From Caulobacterales bacterium (GTDB lineage Bacteria > Pseudomonadota > Alphaproteobacteria > Caulobacterales > Caulobacteraceae), in NCBI GenBank assembly GCA_038226305.1, contig JBBRQN010000010.1, forward strand, positions 1-24,000: DNA of 24,000 bases. Reading direction: 5' to 3'. Shown in pieces: positions 1-6,988 of this stretch (the first letter of the stretch is position 1; every line of letters begins with the position of its first letter). Under the pieces are notes generated by a model. The model ran no database searches, had not been told where the DNA came from, and saw nothing but the letters and a program-made list of their open reading frames with translations. A program made the position numbers and the translations under genes.

Positions 1-459
1 CGCCGGTGTAGTCGCTGACCTGGCCCGCCGTCATGAAGAGGCTAATCGGACGCCCGTTCGCATCGGTCACGGCGTGAAGCTTGGTGTTCATCCCGCCCTT
101 GGTGCGTCCGATGAGCCGCCCGACGCCCCCTTTTTTACCCGCAGGCTCGAAGCCGTGCGGTGCGCCTTCAGATAGGTCGCGTCGATCATCACCGTGCGCC
201 GTTCGGCCTGGGCGGCGGATAGCCCGTCCATCATCCGGATGAAGACGCCAGCCTCGCTCCACCGCTTCCAGCGATTGTACAACGTCTTGTGGGGGCCATA
301 GACCGCCGGCGCGTCGCGCCAGCGCAGGCCGTTGCGATTGACGAAGATGATCCCGCTCAACACCCGACGATCATCAACCCTGGGCTTGCCGTGGCTCCTC
401 GGAAAGTGCGGCCGCAGCCGCTCCATCTGATCGTCCGTCAGCCAATACAGGTCGCTCAT
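1..459 (-). CDS. IS5-family transposase (orfA 88-459, plus orfB reached by a -1 frameshift), C-terminus outside the window
   Basis: The orfA product MSDLYWLTDDQMERLRPHFP...RRVLSGIIFVNRNGLRWRDAP...YNRWKRWSEAGVF is the typical DUF4096-type N-terminus of IS5-family transposases. Hand translation of the -1 frame after the slippery site gives KKGGVGRLIGRTKGGMNTKLHAVTDANGRPISLFMTAGQVSDYTG, the conserved start of the DDE domain. This frame stays open to position 1. Confidence 0.85.
130..136 (-). other. Programmed -1 ribosomal frameshift heptamer A AAA AAG joining transposase orfA to orfB
   Basis: The minus strand reads GTA AAA AAG GGG GCG. Staying in frame 0 ends orfA about 15 codons later. Slipping -1 on A_AAA_AAG continues into the conserved GRLIGRTKGG...TKLH sequence. 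Confidence 0.7.
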
Positions 460-531
460 ATCCAGTCTCCTGGCAGAGCCTGAATCAGATCGAGCGCATC
501 ATATCAATGCGTCCTGAGCCTAATTCGGGCG

Positions 532-1233
532 TCAGACCACCGTTCCGAACAGGTGGCCGATGCCAGCGGTCACGGCCATGGCAAGGGCACCCCAGAAGGT
601 GACGCGGGCCACGGCCTTGGGCATGGGCGCGCCGCCCGCCTTTGCACCCGCCGCACCCAGCGCCGCCAGGACGATCAGCGCCGCCACGGCGACGGCCATC
701 GCGGTGCTCCCCGGAGGTGCCAGCGCGGCGACCGCCAGGGGAGACACGGCACCCAGGGCGAAAGCCGAGGCCGACGCCACCGCCGCCTGCAGAGGACGCG
801 CCTGGTTCTCCTCCGACAGGCCCAGTTCTTCTCGGGCATGCACCTTCAGGGCGTCCCTCGCCATCAGCTGGGCGGCGACCTTGGCTGCCAGATCGGCGTC
901 CAGCCCACGCTCGGTGTAGATGCCGGTCAGCTCGGCTTCCTCGGCCTTTGGGTCGTCGAGCAGTTCCTGCTGTTCGCGCCGCAGGTCGGCCTGCTCGGAA
1001 TCGTATTGCGAACTCACCGAGACGTACTCGCCCGCCGCCATGGACATGGCCCCGGCGATCAGCCCCGCCATCCCGGCAATGAGCACCGCGTTGTGGCTCG
1101 ACTGCCCCGTCGATGCGACGCCGATGATCAGGCTAGCGGTCGAGAGCAGGCCGTCATTGGCCCCCAGCACCGCCGCACGCAGCCAGCCCAGCCTGCCGAC
1201 CTTGTGCCACTCCATATGACTGCGTCGCGACAT
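532..1233 (-). CDS. VIT1/CCC1-family iron/manganese transporter
   Basis: 233 aa. Has the LRAAVLGANDGLLSTASLIIGV and MAAGEYVSVSSQ motifs, an acidic cytosolic helix region (DSEQADLRREQQELLDDPKAEEAEL), and a hydrophobic C-terminal half. GAGGAA lies upstream of the ATG. The start could instead be the internal Met7. Confidence 0.85.
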   Translation of the reverse strand: MSRRSHMEWHKVGRLGWLRAAVLGANDGLLSTASLIIGVASTGQSSHNAVLIAGMAGLIAGAMSMAAGEYVSVSSQYDSEQADLRREQQELLDDPKAEEAELTGIYTERGLDADLAAKVAAQLMARDALKVHAREELGLSEENQARPLQAAVASASAFALGAVSPLAVAALAPPGSTAMAVAVAALIVLAALGAAGAKAGGAPMPKAVARVTFWGALAMAVTAGIGHLFGTVV

Positions 1234-1343
1234 GGGATCGTTTCCTCGAGGTTGCCGGCACAGGTCTCATCATCCGGTCGCTGCGCCAGGGAATTTCAGA
1301 AGAACGGGTCGATTTGCGCGCGCTTGCGGCGCCCGCCTCAGGC

Positions 1344-1475
1344 TCACAGGATGGCGTTGAAGACCAGCTTTAGAAGGCCTGCGACCAGCGCCAAGGTGAT
1401 CACGCTTACCGCCCACAGCCCAGCGAACCAGGCCCATTGGCGCAGTCTTCCGCGAGGAGAAGGGAGGTCGGGCAT
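1344..1475 (-). CDS. DUF2474-like single-TM micro-protein, putative small accessory subunit of the CIO-type bd oxidase
   Basis: 43 aa, MPDLPSPRGRLRQWAWFAGLWAVSVITLALVAGLLKLVFNAIL. Its ATG overlaps the subunit II stop (TGATG). It has one TM helix and the RLxWF motif I associate with DUF2474 genes downstream of cioB. In the ORF track it is hidden at the 3' end of a spurious 478-aa ORF. Confidence 0.6.
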   Translation of the reverse strand: MPDLPSPRGRLRQWAWFAGLWAVSVITLALVAGLLKLVFNAIL

Positions 1476-2482
1476 CAGTGGTAGCCCGTCTCGCTGACCT
1501 TCCCGCGAAACACCCAGTAGGCATAGGCGGTGTAGAGGACGATCACGGGGATGAGCACGCCTGCCCCCACCAGCATGAACGCCTGGCTCGAGGCCGGAGC
1601 GGAGGCCTGCCACACGGTGATCGAGTTGGGCACGATGTAGGGGAAGAGGCTGATCGCCAACCCCGCATAGCCGAGGGCGAACAGCACCAGAGCCAGGGGA
1701 AAGGGCCAGCGCTCCTTGCGGCGGTGCAGGCAGAAGAAGAGGCCTGCGGCCGTTATGGCGACCAGGAGCGGCACCTGCGCCGTGGCCAGCACGCTCGGAA
1801 ACTCCAGCCAGCGCTTCCAGTAGGCGGCCTTGAGGAAGGGCGTCGCGGCGCTCACGGCGGTGATGGCGACCACGGTGCCGATGGCGGCGCGCCACGCCAG
1901 ACCGAACACCCGGTCCAGCAGCGGCCCCTCCGTCTTTGCGATCAGCCACGCGGCCCCGAGGAGGGCGTAGCCCACCACCACTGAGGCCCCGGTGAGCAGG
2001 GTGAAGGGCGTCAGCCAGTCCCACCAGCCGCCACCATAGGCCCGCCCGCTCACCTTCACGCCCTGCAGGATCGCCCCGAGGATCACACCCTGCGAGAAGG
2101 CCGCCATCGTAGAGCCGGCGCTGAAGGCCACGTCCCACACCCATTTGCCCCGCTCGGTGCGCCAGCGGTATTCGAAGGCGACGCCCCGGAACACGAGGCC
2201 CAGGAGCATGGCGATCAGGGGCGCGTACACCGCGGGCATCAGGATCGCATAGGCGAGGGGGAAGGCTGCGAAGAGTCCGCCGCCGCCCAGCACCAGCCAG
2301 GTCTCGTTGCCGTCCCACACCGGGGCGACGCTGTTCATCGCCACGTCGCGCTCGACCCCCCGCGTGAGGAACGGGAACAGGATGCCTATGCCGAGGTCGA
2401 AGCCGTCCATCACCACGTAGGCGAAGACGGCGAAGGCGATCAGGCCCGCCCAGATAAGCGTGAGGGTAGGGTCGTAGGTCAT
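1475..2482 (-). CDS. cydB: Cytochrome bd-type ubiquinol oxidase subunit II (CydB/CioB)
   Basis: 335 aa polytopic membrane protein. N-terminus MTYDPTLTLIWAGLIAFAVFAYVVMDGFDLGIGIL is typical CydB. It lies 12 nt downstream of subunit I and is preceded by a GGGGGCGG ribosome-binding site. Confidence 0.93.
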   Translation of the reverse strand: MTYDPTLTLIWAGLIAFAVFAYVVMDGFDLGIGILFPFLTRGVERDVAMNSVAPVWDGNETWLVLGGGGLFAAFPLAYAILMPAVYAPLIAMLLGLVFRGVAFEYRWRTERGKWVWDVAFSAGSTMAAFSQGVILGAILQGVKVSGRAYGGGWWDWLTPFTLLTGASVVVGYALLGAAWLIAKTEGPLLDRVFGLAWRAAIGTVVAITAVSAATPFLKAAYWKRWLEFPSVLATAQVPLLVAITAAGLFFCLHRRKERWPFPLALVLFALGYAGLAISLFPYIVPNSITVWQASAPASSQAFMLVGAGVLIPVIVLYTAYAYWVFRGKVSETGYH

Positions 2483-2494
2483 CTGCCGCCCCCG

Positions 2495-3898
2495 TCAGGC
2501 CGAGCGCAGGGTGCGTTCGGAGTCCACCGCCGGAGCAGGGGTGATGCCCGCGGCTCGGACAGGATCCCGGCTCGTTATGCCTTCCTCGTGGGGGTGTGGC
2601 GGGCGACTCATCAGGCGCAGGATGTAGAACAGCCCGGCACCGAACACGGCGAAGTAGACCACGGCGAAGGCGGCCAGCGACGCGGCCACGGCGGGGGCGC
2701 TCAGCGGCGAGGCCGACTGGCTGGTCCGCAGCAGGCCGTAGACCGTATAGGGCTGGCGGCCGACTTCGGTGGTCACCCACCCCGCGAGTACCGCCACGAA
2801 GCCCATCGGCCCCATCACGGTGGCGAACAGGTGCAGCGGCCGCCAGTCATAGAGCTTGCGGCGCAGGCGGGCGACCACGGTCACCGCCCCCATACTCGCG
2901 ATCAGGAGGCCGATCCCGACCATGATCCGGAACGACCAGAAGACGATGGGCACATAGGGCCAGTCCTTGCGGGGAATGGTGTCCAGCCCGGCCAGGGGGG
3001 CGTTCAGGTTGTGCATGATCACAAGCGACGACAGCTTGGGAATCTCGATCGCCGCCCGGACCTCGCCCGTCTTCTGGTCCGGCAGGCCGAAGAGGATCAG
3101 GGGCGCGCCGTGCGGGTGGCTTTGATAGTGGCCCTCCATCGCCATGATCTTCGCGGGCTGGTGCTTCAGGGTGTTCAGGCCGTGGGCGTCGCCTGCCAGG
3201 ATCTGGATCGGCGCGACGATGGCGGCCATCCACATGGCCATGGAGAACATGGTCCTGGCCGCCGGGTTGGCCTTGTCCTTCAGGAGGTGGAAAGCACCGA
3301 CGGCCCCCACCACGAGCGCGGTGGTGAGATAGGCCGCCAGCACCATGTGAACGAGGCGGTAGGGGAACGACGGGTTGAAGATCACCTTCAGCCAGCTGAT
3401 CGGCACGAACTGGCCTTGGGCGTTGATTGCCACGCCCGCCGGCGTCTGCATCCAGCTGTTGACCGAGATGATCCAGAAGGCCGAGGCGAAGGTGCCGAGG
3501 GCCACCGCGAGGGTGGCGGTGAAGTGCAGGGTCTTGCCCACCTTCTCCAGGCCGAACAGCATCACGCCAAGGAACCCGGCCTCCAGGAAGAACGCCGACA
3601 TGACCTCATAGGCCATCAGCGGCCCCAGCACCGCGCCCGCCTTGTCGGAGAACACCGACCAGTTGGTGCCGAACTGGTAGGACATCACCAGGCCCGAAAC
3701 GACGCCCGCTCCGAACGCCACCGCGAAGATCTTCAGCCAGTACTGGAACAGGTCGCGGTAAACCGGCTTGCCCGTCTTGAGCCACATACCCTCCAGCACG
3801 GCCAGATAGCTGGCAAGGCCGATCGAAAAGGCCGGGAACACGATGTGGAAGGCGATCGTGAACGCGAACTGCGCCCGCGCCAGAACCAGGGCGTCCAT
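2495..3898 (-). CDS. cydA: Cytochrome bd-type ubiquinol oxidase subunit I (CydA/CioA, short Q-loop length class)
   Basis: 467 aa. N-terminus LARAQFAFTIAFHIVFPAFSIGLA carries the heme-ligand His. The GWVTTEVGRQPYTVYG motif is present. The length fits the cyanide-insensitive (CIO) subclass rather than the long Q-loop subunit I of E. coli. Confidence 0.93.
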   Translation of the reverse strand: MDALVLARAQFAFTIAFHIVFPAFSIGLASYLAVLEGMWLKTGKPVYRDLFQYWLKIFAVAFGAGVVSGLVMSYQFGTNWSVFSDKAGAVLGPLMAYEVMSAFFLEAGFLGVMLFGLEKVGKTLHFTATLAVALGTFASAFWIISVNSWMQTPAGVAINAQGQFVPISWLKVIFNPSFPYRLVHMVLAAYLTTALVVGAVGAFHLLKDKANPAARTMFSMAMWMAAIVAPIQILAGDAHGLNTLKHQPAKIMAMEGHYQSHPHGAPLILFGLPDQKTGEVRAAIEIPKLSSLVIMHNLNAPLAGLDTIPRKDWPYVPIVFWSFRIMVGIGLLIASMGAVTVVARLRRKLYDWRPLHLFATVMGPMGFVAVLAGWVTTEVGRQPYTVYGLLRTSQSASPLSAPAVAASLAAFAVVYFAVFGAGLFYILRLMSRPPHPHEEGITSRDPVRAAGITPAPAVDSERTLRSA

Positions 3899-4482
3899 TA
3901 CGAGGCCTCTCCTTCAGACACGCCGCGGCGCTTGCCGCCTGCGAACACGGTGATCTTGTTTTTCATGTCGAGCAGGCGGGAGACCCCCGCCCCCATCGCC
4001 AGCAACTGCCGCAGGCTGTCGTTGTCGAGCCGCTGCACATCGTCGGCCCAACCCGTCAGGAGCTCGATAAGTTCATGCATCTGCGCCATGCGGGCCTGGG
4101 CGTGCTGCTCCTCGGGGTTCTGCGGCGTCTCCATCATGATGTCGCGGAGCATGGACAGGGTGGGGTCGATCTCCCGGCGGCGACGCTCGTCGGCCAGGGT
4201 GCGGATGATCTGCCAGACGTCCTCCGGTGCCTCGAAATAGTCGCGGCGGTCGCCGGGGAGATGACGTTTGCGCACGAGGCGCCAGGCCTCCAGCTCCTTA
4301 AGCCCCATGCTGGTGTTCGAGCGCGAGATGCCCAGCGCCTCGGTGATCTCGTCGGCGTTCAGGCCGCGGTCGGAGACGAACAGCAGGGCGTAGATCTGCC
4401 CCACCGTCCGGCTGACGCCCCACCGGCCACCCATCTCGCCGAAATGCAGCACGAATGTCTGGATGAGGGGCGGCAGGACCAT
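3898..4482 (-). CDS. GbsR/MarR-type winged-helix transcriptional regulator, first gene of the bd oxidase operon
   Basis: 194 aa. The segment GRWGVSRTVGQIYALLFVSDRGLNADEITEALGISRSNTSMGLKELEAWRLVRK is a wHTH of the GbsR (COG1510-like) type. Its stop overlaps the cydA ATG (TAATG). Confidence 0.8.
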   Translation of the reverse strand: MVLPPLIQTFVLHFGEMGGRWGVSRTVGQIYALLFVSDRGLNADEITEALGISRSNTSMGLKELEAWRLVRKRHLPGDRRDYFEAPEDVWQIIRTLADERRRREIDPTLSMLRDIMMETPQNPEEQHAQARMAQMHELIELLTGWADDVQRLDNDSLRQLLAMGAGVSRLLDMKNKITVFAGGKRRGVSEGEAS

Positions 4483-4495
4483 CGTCGGTTCCCAG

Positions 4496-4515
4496 ATTTC
4501 AGTAATGTCTGAAAT
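4496..4515. promoter_or_regulatory. Perfect palindrome ATTTCAG-N6-CTGAAAT, candidate operator upstream of the regulator/bd oxidase operon
   Basis: Read directly from the sequence. Two 7-bp perfect inverted arms sit in an AT-rich patch 14-33 nt upstream of the regulator ATG (4482) and overlap the candidate -10 element. Confidence 0.45.
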
Positions 4516-4539
4516 AACGGGAAGGGTGCTGTTTTACAA
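4512..4539 (-). promoter_or_regulatory. Candidate sigma70-type promoter of the GbsR-cydAB operon (TTGTAA-N16-TTATTT)
   Basis: On the minus strand, TTGTAA (4534-4539) and TTATTT (4512-4517) are separated by 16 nt. This is the only AT-rich stretch in the 80-nt gap. It is a pattern match only. Confidence 0.3.
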
Positions 4540-4562
4540 GGGTGGCGGTCCGTTGAGCCGGA

Positions 4563-5513
4563 TCAGGCGTGGGGGTGGGCGCGGGCGTAGACGGCCAAGA
4601 GGCCCGACGTTTCCACCGCGGTGTAGCGCTGAGTCGTGGAGAGGCTGGCGTGGCCCAGAAGCTCCTGGATGGTGCGCAGGTCCGCCCCCCCGCAGAGGAG
4701 GTGCGTGGCGAAGCTGTGGCGCAGGGCGTGCGGTGTGACCCGGTCCGACAGGCCGAGCGCGCCTCGCAGCCTCGCCACCGTCGCCTGCACGGCCCGGGGG
4801 CCGAGGGGGGCACCGCGATGCGCGCGAAACAGGGGCTCGTCCGGGGCGGGGGTGAAGGGCAGGGCGGCGAGATAGGCCTGCACCGCCTCTCGCACCTGTG
4901 GCAGCACGGGGGCCATGCGGGTCTTGCCGCCCTTGCCGGTGATGCGCAGCGCCTCGCCGAGGGGGGCGTCGGAGCGCTTGAGCGACAGGGCCTCCGAGAT
5001 GCGAAGGCCGCAGCCGTAGAGCAGCGTCAGCACCGCCCGGTCTCGCAGCAGTTCCCACTGGTCGGCGTCGCCCTCTCCGGCCTGATCGAGCATGGCCAGG
5101 GCGTTGGGTGCCGTGACCGGGCGGGGATCGTCCGGCCGCACGCGGGGGCCGCGAACGAGGGCGATCTCGGGGTTCGCGAGGTCCAGTCGGCGGTCGGCGA
5201 AGCGGTGCAGGCTGCGCACGCTGGAGAGCGTCTGGCTGAGCGAGCGGGGCGACAGGGCCTTGAGCGCCAGGCCGGGCAAGGGATCGCCCTTGCGCCGGAA
5301 GGCGAGGAAGGCGCGCAGCTCGGCGGCGGTCACGCTCGCGAGGTCGGCTGCGACCAGCGCGCCGCCCCGGTGAATCTGCAGGAAGGCCAGATAGGCCGAC
5401 AGGTTGGCGCGATAGCTTTCCAGCGTGCGCGGCGACGCCCGGCGCTCATGGGCGAGGTGGTCGATGAAGGCTTCCAGCGCCTTCACGACGGGATCGCCGG
5501 GCGTGGGGCTCAC
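4563..5513 (-). CDS. xerC: Tyrosine site-specific recombinase XerC
   Basis: 316 aa from the GTG at 5513, which overlaps the DUF484 stop (GTGA). The N-terminal SAM-like domain is LEAFIDHLAHERRASPRTLESYRANL. Catalytic signatures present are GLRISEAL, HALRHSFATHLL and LGHASLSTTQRYT. The 533-aa track ORF is an artefactual upstream extension. Co-location with DUF484 favours XerC over XerD. Confidence 0.85.
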   Translation of the reverse strand: MSPTPGDPVVKALEAFIDHLAHERRASPRTLESYRANLSAYLAFLQIHRGGALVAADLASVTAAELRAFLAFRRKGDPLPGLALKALSPRSLSQTLSSVRSLHRFADRRLDLANPEIALVRGPRVRPDDPRPVTAPNALAMLDQAGEGDADQWELLRDRAVLTLLYGCGLRISEALSLKRSDAPLGEALRITGKGGKTRMAPVLPQVREAVQAYLAALPFTPAPDEPLFRAHRGAPLGPRAVQATVARLRGALGLSDRVTPHALRHSFATHLLCGGADLRTIQELLGHASLSTTQRYTAVETSGLLAVYARAHPHA

Positions 5514-6208
5514 TGGAGCGGTGGCCAGCGGGCGGCCACGCGCTCCACCACACGCGCCAGGAACGCCACGAGCTCGGCACCCATGTCCTGCGTGAACCCT
5601 TCCGGCTCGCCGGAGCCGAACGCCAGAAGGCCGGGCCGGTCGTTCCACAGGGTCAGGCGCAGAAGGGCGACGCTCTTCACCGCCTTGGCGTCGTTGCCGA
5701 ACAGCATTTCGCCCGCGATGGGCGGGCCGAGGCGGGCGGCACCGACGCCGAGGAGCTGGCCCGTGAAGCCTCGCGGCAGGGTGCGCCAGCCCGCGGGCAC
5801 CGCCTCGCCCTCGGAGGCTCGTTCGACGCAGAGGGTGGCGCAGGCCAAGCCAAAGCGTTCGCGGCCACAGGTGTCGGCTCGGGCGGCGAGGTCGGCGTTG
5901 TTGCGCGCTTCCAGAAGCTCGAGGATGGCGGAGTGGGTTTCCACCTGAGCGGTGAAGTTCGCTTCGGCCAGCGCCTCGATCTCGACCCGGGCCGAGGCTT
6001 CGGCGGCCTTGGCGGTTTCCAGGCGAGCGAGGGCGGCGGGTCCGAACTCCACCACGTTGGCGGCGGCGGGGCGCAGGTTCAGCTTCTGCAAGAGGTCCGG
6101 GTCGTCCAGCACCCAGCCGGGGTTGGCGATCAGCGCGGCGCGCAGGGCAGGCCAGTGCCGCCACGTGGCAGAGCCCCGATAGTTGTCTTCCGCCGCTACG
6201 CTCATCAC
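5510..6208 (-). CDS. DUF484-family protein (YigA-like), conserved partner of xerC
   Basis: 232 aa. It has a coiled-coil N-terminal half and a GAF-like C-terminal half, immediately upstream of and overlapping xerC, as in the E. coli yigA-xerC arrangement. The start is GTG 6208 or ATG 6205. Confidence 0.7.
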   Translation of the reverse strand: MMSVAAEDNYRGSATWRHWPALRAALIANPGWVLDDPDLLQKLNLRPAAANVVEFGPAALARLETAKAAEASARVEIEALAEANFTAQVETHSAILELLEARNNADLAARADTCGRERFGLACATLCVERASEGEAVPAGWRTLPRGFTGQLLGVGAARLGPPIAGEMLFGNDAKAVKSVALLRLTLWNDRPGLLAFGSGEPEGFTQDMGAELVAFLARVVERVAARWPPLQ

Positions 6209-6251
6209 TCGCCCCGATCTCTTACTAAGGGCGACCGGAGCGGCCGTGCGA

Positions 6252-6905
6252 TCACAGGATCGATTGGCCGGTGGTCTTCCAGTCGCTCAGGAATTTATCC
6301 AACCCGGCGTCGGTTAACGGGTGCTTGACCAGGCTTGCGAATGTGGCGGGAGGCAGGGTCGCCGCATCCGCTCCGGCTAGGGCCGCCTGCGTCACCTGGC
6401 CTGCGCTGCGCACGCTGGCGGCCAGGATCTCGGTGTCGAAATCGTGGGCGTCGTACAGGCCGCGGATCTCGGCGATCAGCCCCACGCCGTCGCCCCCGTG
6501 GTCGTCCAGCCGACCCATGAACGGCGACACGAAGGTGGCCCCCGCCTTGGCCGCGAGCAGCGCCTGGGCAGACGAGAAGCACAGGGTGAGGTTGGTCTTG
6601 ATCTCGCGGTCGGTGAAATGGGCGCAGGCCTTCAGCCCGGCCCAGGTGATCGGCAGCTTGACCACCACGTTCGGGGCGATGTCGGCGAGGCGCTCGCCTT
6701 CCTCGATCATCGTGGGGGTATCGGTGCCGGTCACCTCGGCAGAGACGGGGCCGCCGATCAGGTCGCAGATCTGCGCGATGGTCGCCTTGAAGTCGCGGCC
6801 CGCGGCGGCGATCAGGGAGGGGTTGGTCGTCACCCCGTCCACCAGCCCCGTCTCGTTCCACTCGGTGAGAACGGCGATGTCGGCGGTGTCGAGAAAGAGC
6901 TGCAT
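6252..6905 (-). CDS. tal: Small (type 3B) transaldolase / fructose-6-phosphate aldolase family protein
   Basis: 217 aa. Motifs [24 protein letters not shown] (Schiff-base Lys context) and [11 protein letters not shown] are all characteristic of this family. Confidence 0.92.
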   Translation of the reverse strand: MQLFLDTADIAVLTEWNETGLVDGVTTNPSLIAAAGRDFKATIAQICDLIGGPVSAEVTGTDTPTMIEEGERLADIAPNVVVKLPITWAGLKACAHFTDREIKTNLTLCFSSAQALLAAKAGATFVSPFMGRLDDHGGDGVGLIAEIRGLYDAHDFDTEILAASVRSAGQVTQAALAGADAATLPPATFASLVKHPLTDAGLDKFLSDWKTTGQSIL

Positions 6906-6988
6906 GGGGGGCCTGCGGCGAAAGCGGACGTCGGTCCCTTGTAGCGCGGTCGGCGCAACGGCTGCGAGCGGCTATAGACTGGCGCTTC

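Larger units (their letters stand above)
1..520 (-). mobile_element. IS5-family insertion sequence (IS427/IS1031-like), 5' part only; continues beyond the left window edge
   Basis: Contains the transposase orfA/orfB listed below. The region upstream of the ATG (460-520) is AT-richer than the flanks. The inner boundary near 520 (GAGCC followed by TAA, a TNA-type target) is a guess, because the other end is outside the window and no IR pair can be compared. Confidence 0.55.

Noticed and set aside
1283-1300. Recurrent CTGAAA/TTTCAG half-site in AT-rich intergenic patches (1285-1290, 4497-4514, 23667-23672), considered as a shared regulon motif; 1283-1300 also considered as an Irr ICE box
   Set aside because: My rough estimate from base composition is that a few copies of this hexamer would occur by chance in 24 kb on both strands. 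Only the 4496-4515 copy forms a palindrome. The 1283-1300 sequence does not match TTTAGAA-N3-TTCTAAA.
1344-2780. 478-aa ORF overlapping cydB and cydA in another frame
   Set aside because: Only the last 43 codons, from the ATG overlapping the cydB stop, look like a real gene (the DUF2474-like peptide). The rest is a shadow frame of cydB/cydA.
2588-4240. 550-aa plus-strand ORF antisense to cydA and the regulator. Similar cases are the 763-aa ORF 10137-12428 antisense to MFS/TerC, and ORFs 6271-7467, 6830-7792 and 7042-7944 around tal/priA
   Set aside because: Same shadow-ORF artefact. The products are Arg/Gly/His/Pro-rich low-complexity translations. The opposite or alternative frames carry well-conserved proteins.
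4492-4519. Possible dif (XerC/XerD) site, because the palindrome sits about 50 nt from xerC and its outer ends (ATTTC...GAAAT) resemble dif ends
   Set aside because: The arms are only 7 bp, against the 11-bp arms of dif. They also lack the inner CATAA/TTATG bases of the dif arms. No alternative register gives an 11-6-11 match, and dif is not expected next to xerC.
4563-6164. 533-aa ORF suggesting a giant XerC fused across the DUF484 gene
   Set aside because: The N-terminal 217 residues are Arg/Pro/Gly-rich nonsense lying out of frame over the DUF484 CDS. A GTG at 5513 overlapping the DUF484 stop gives a normal 316-aa XerC.
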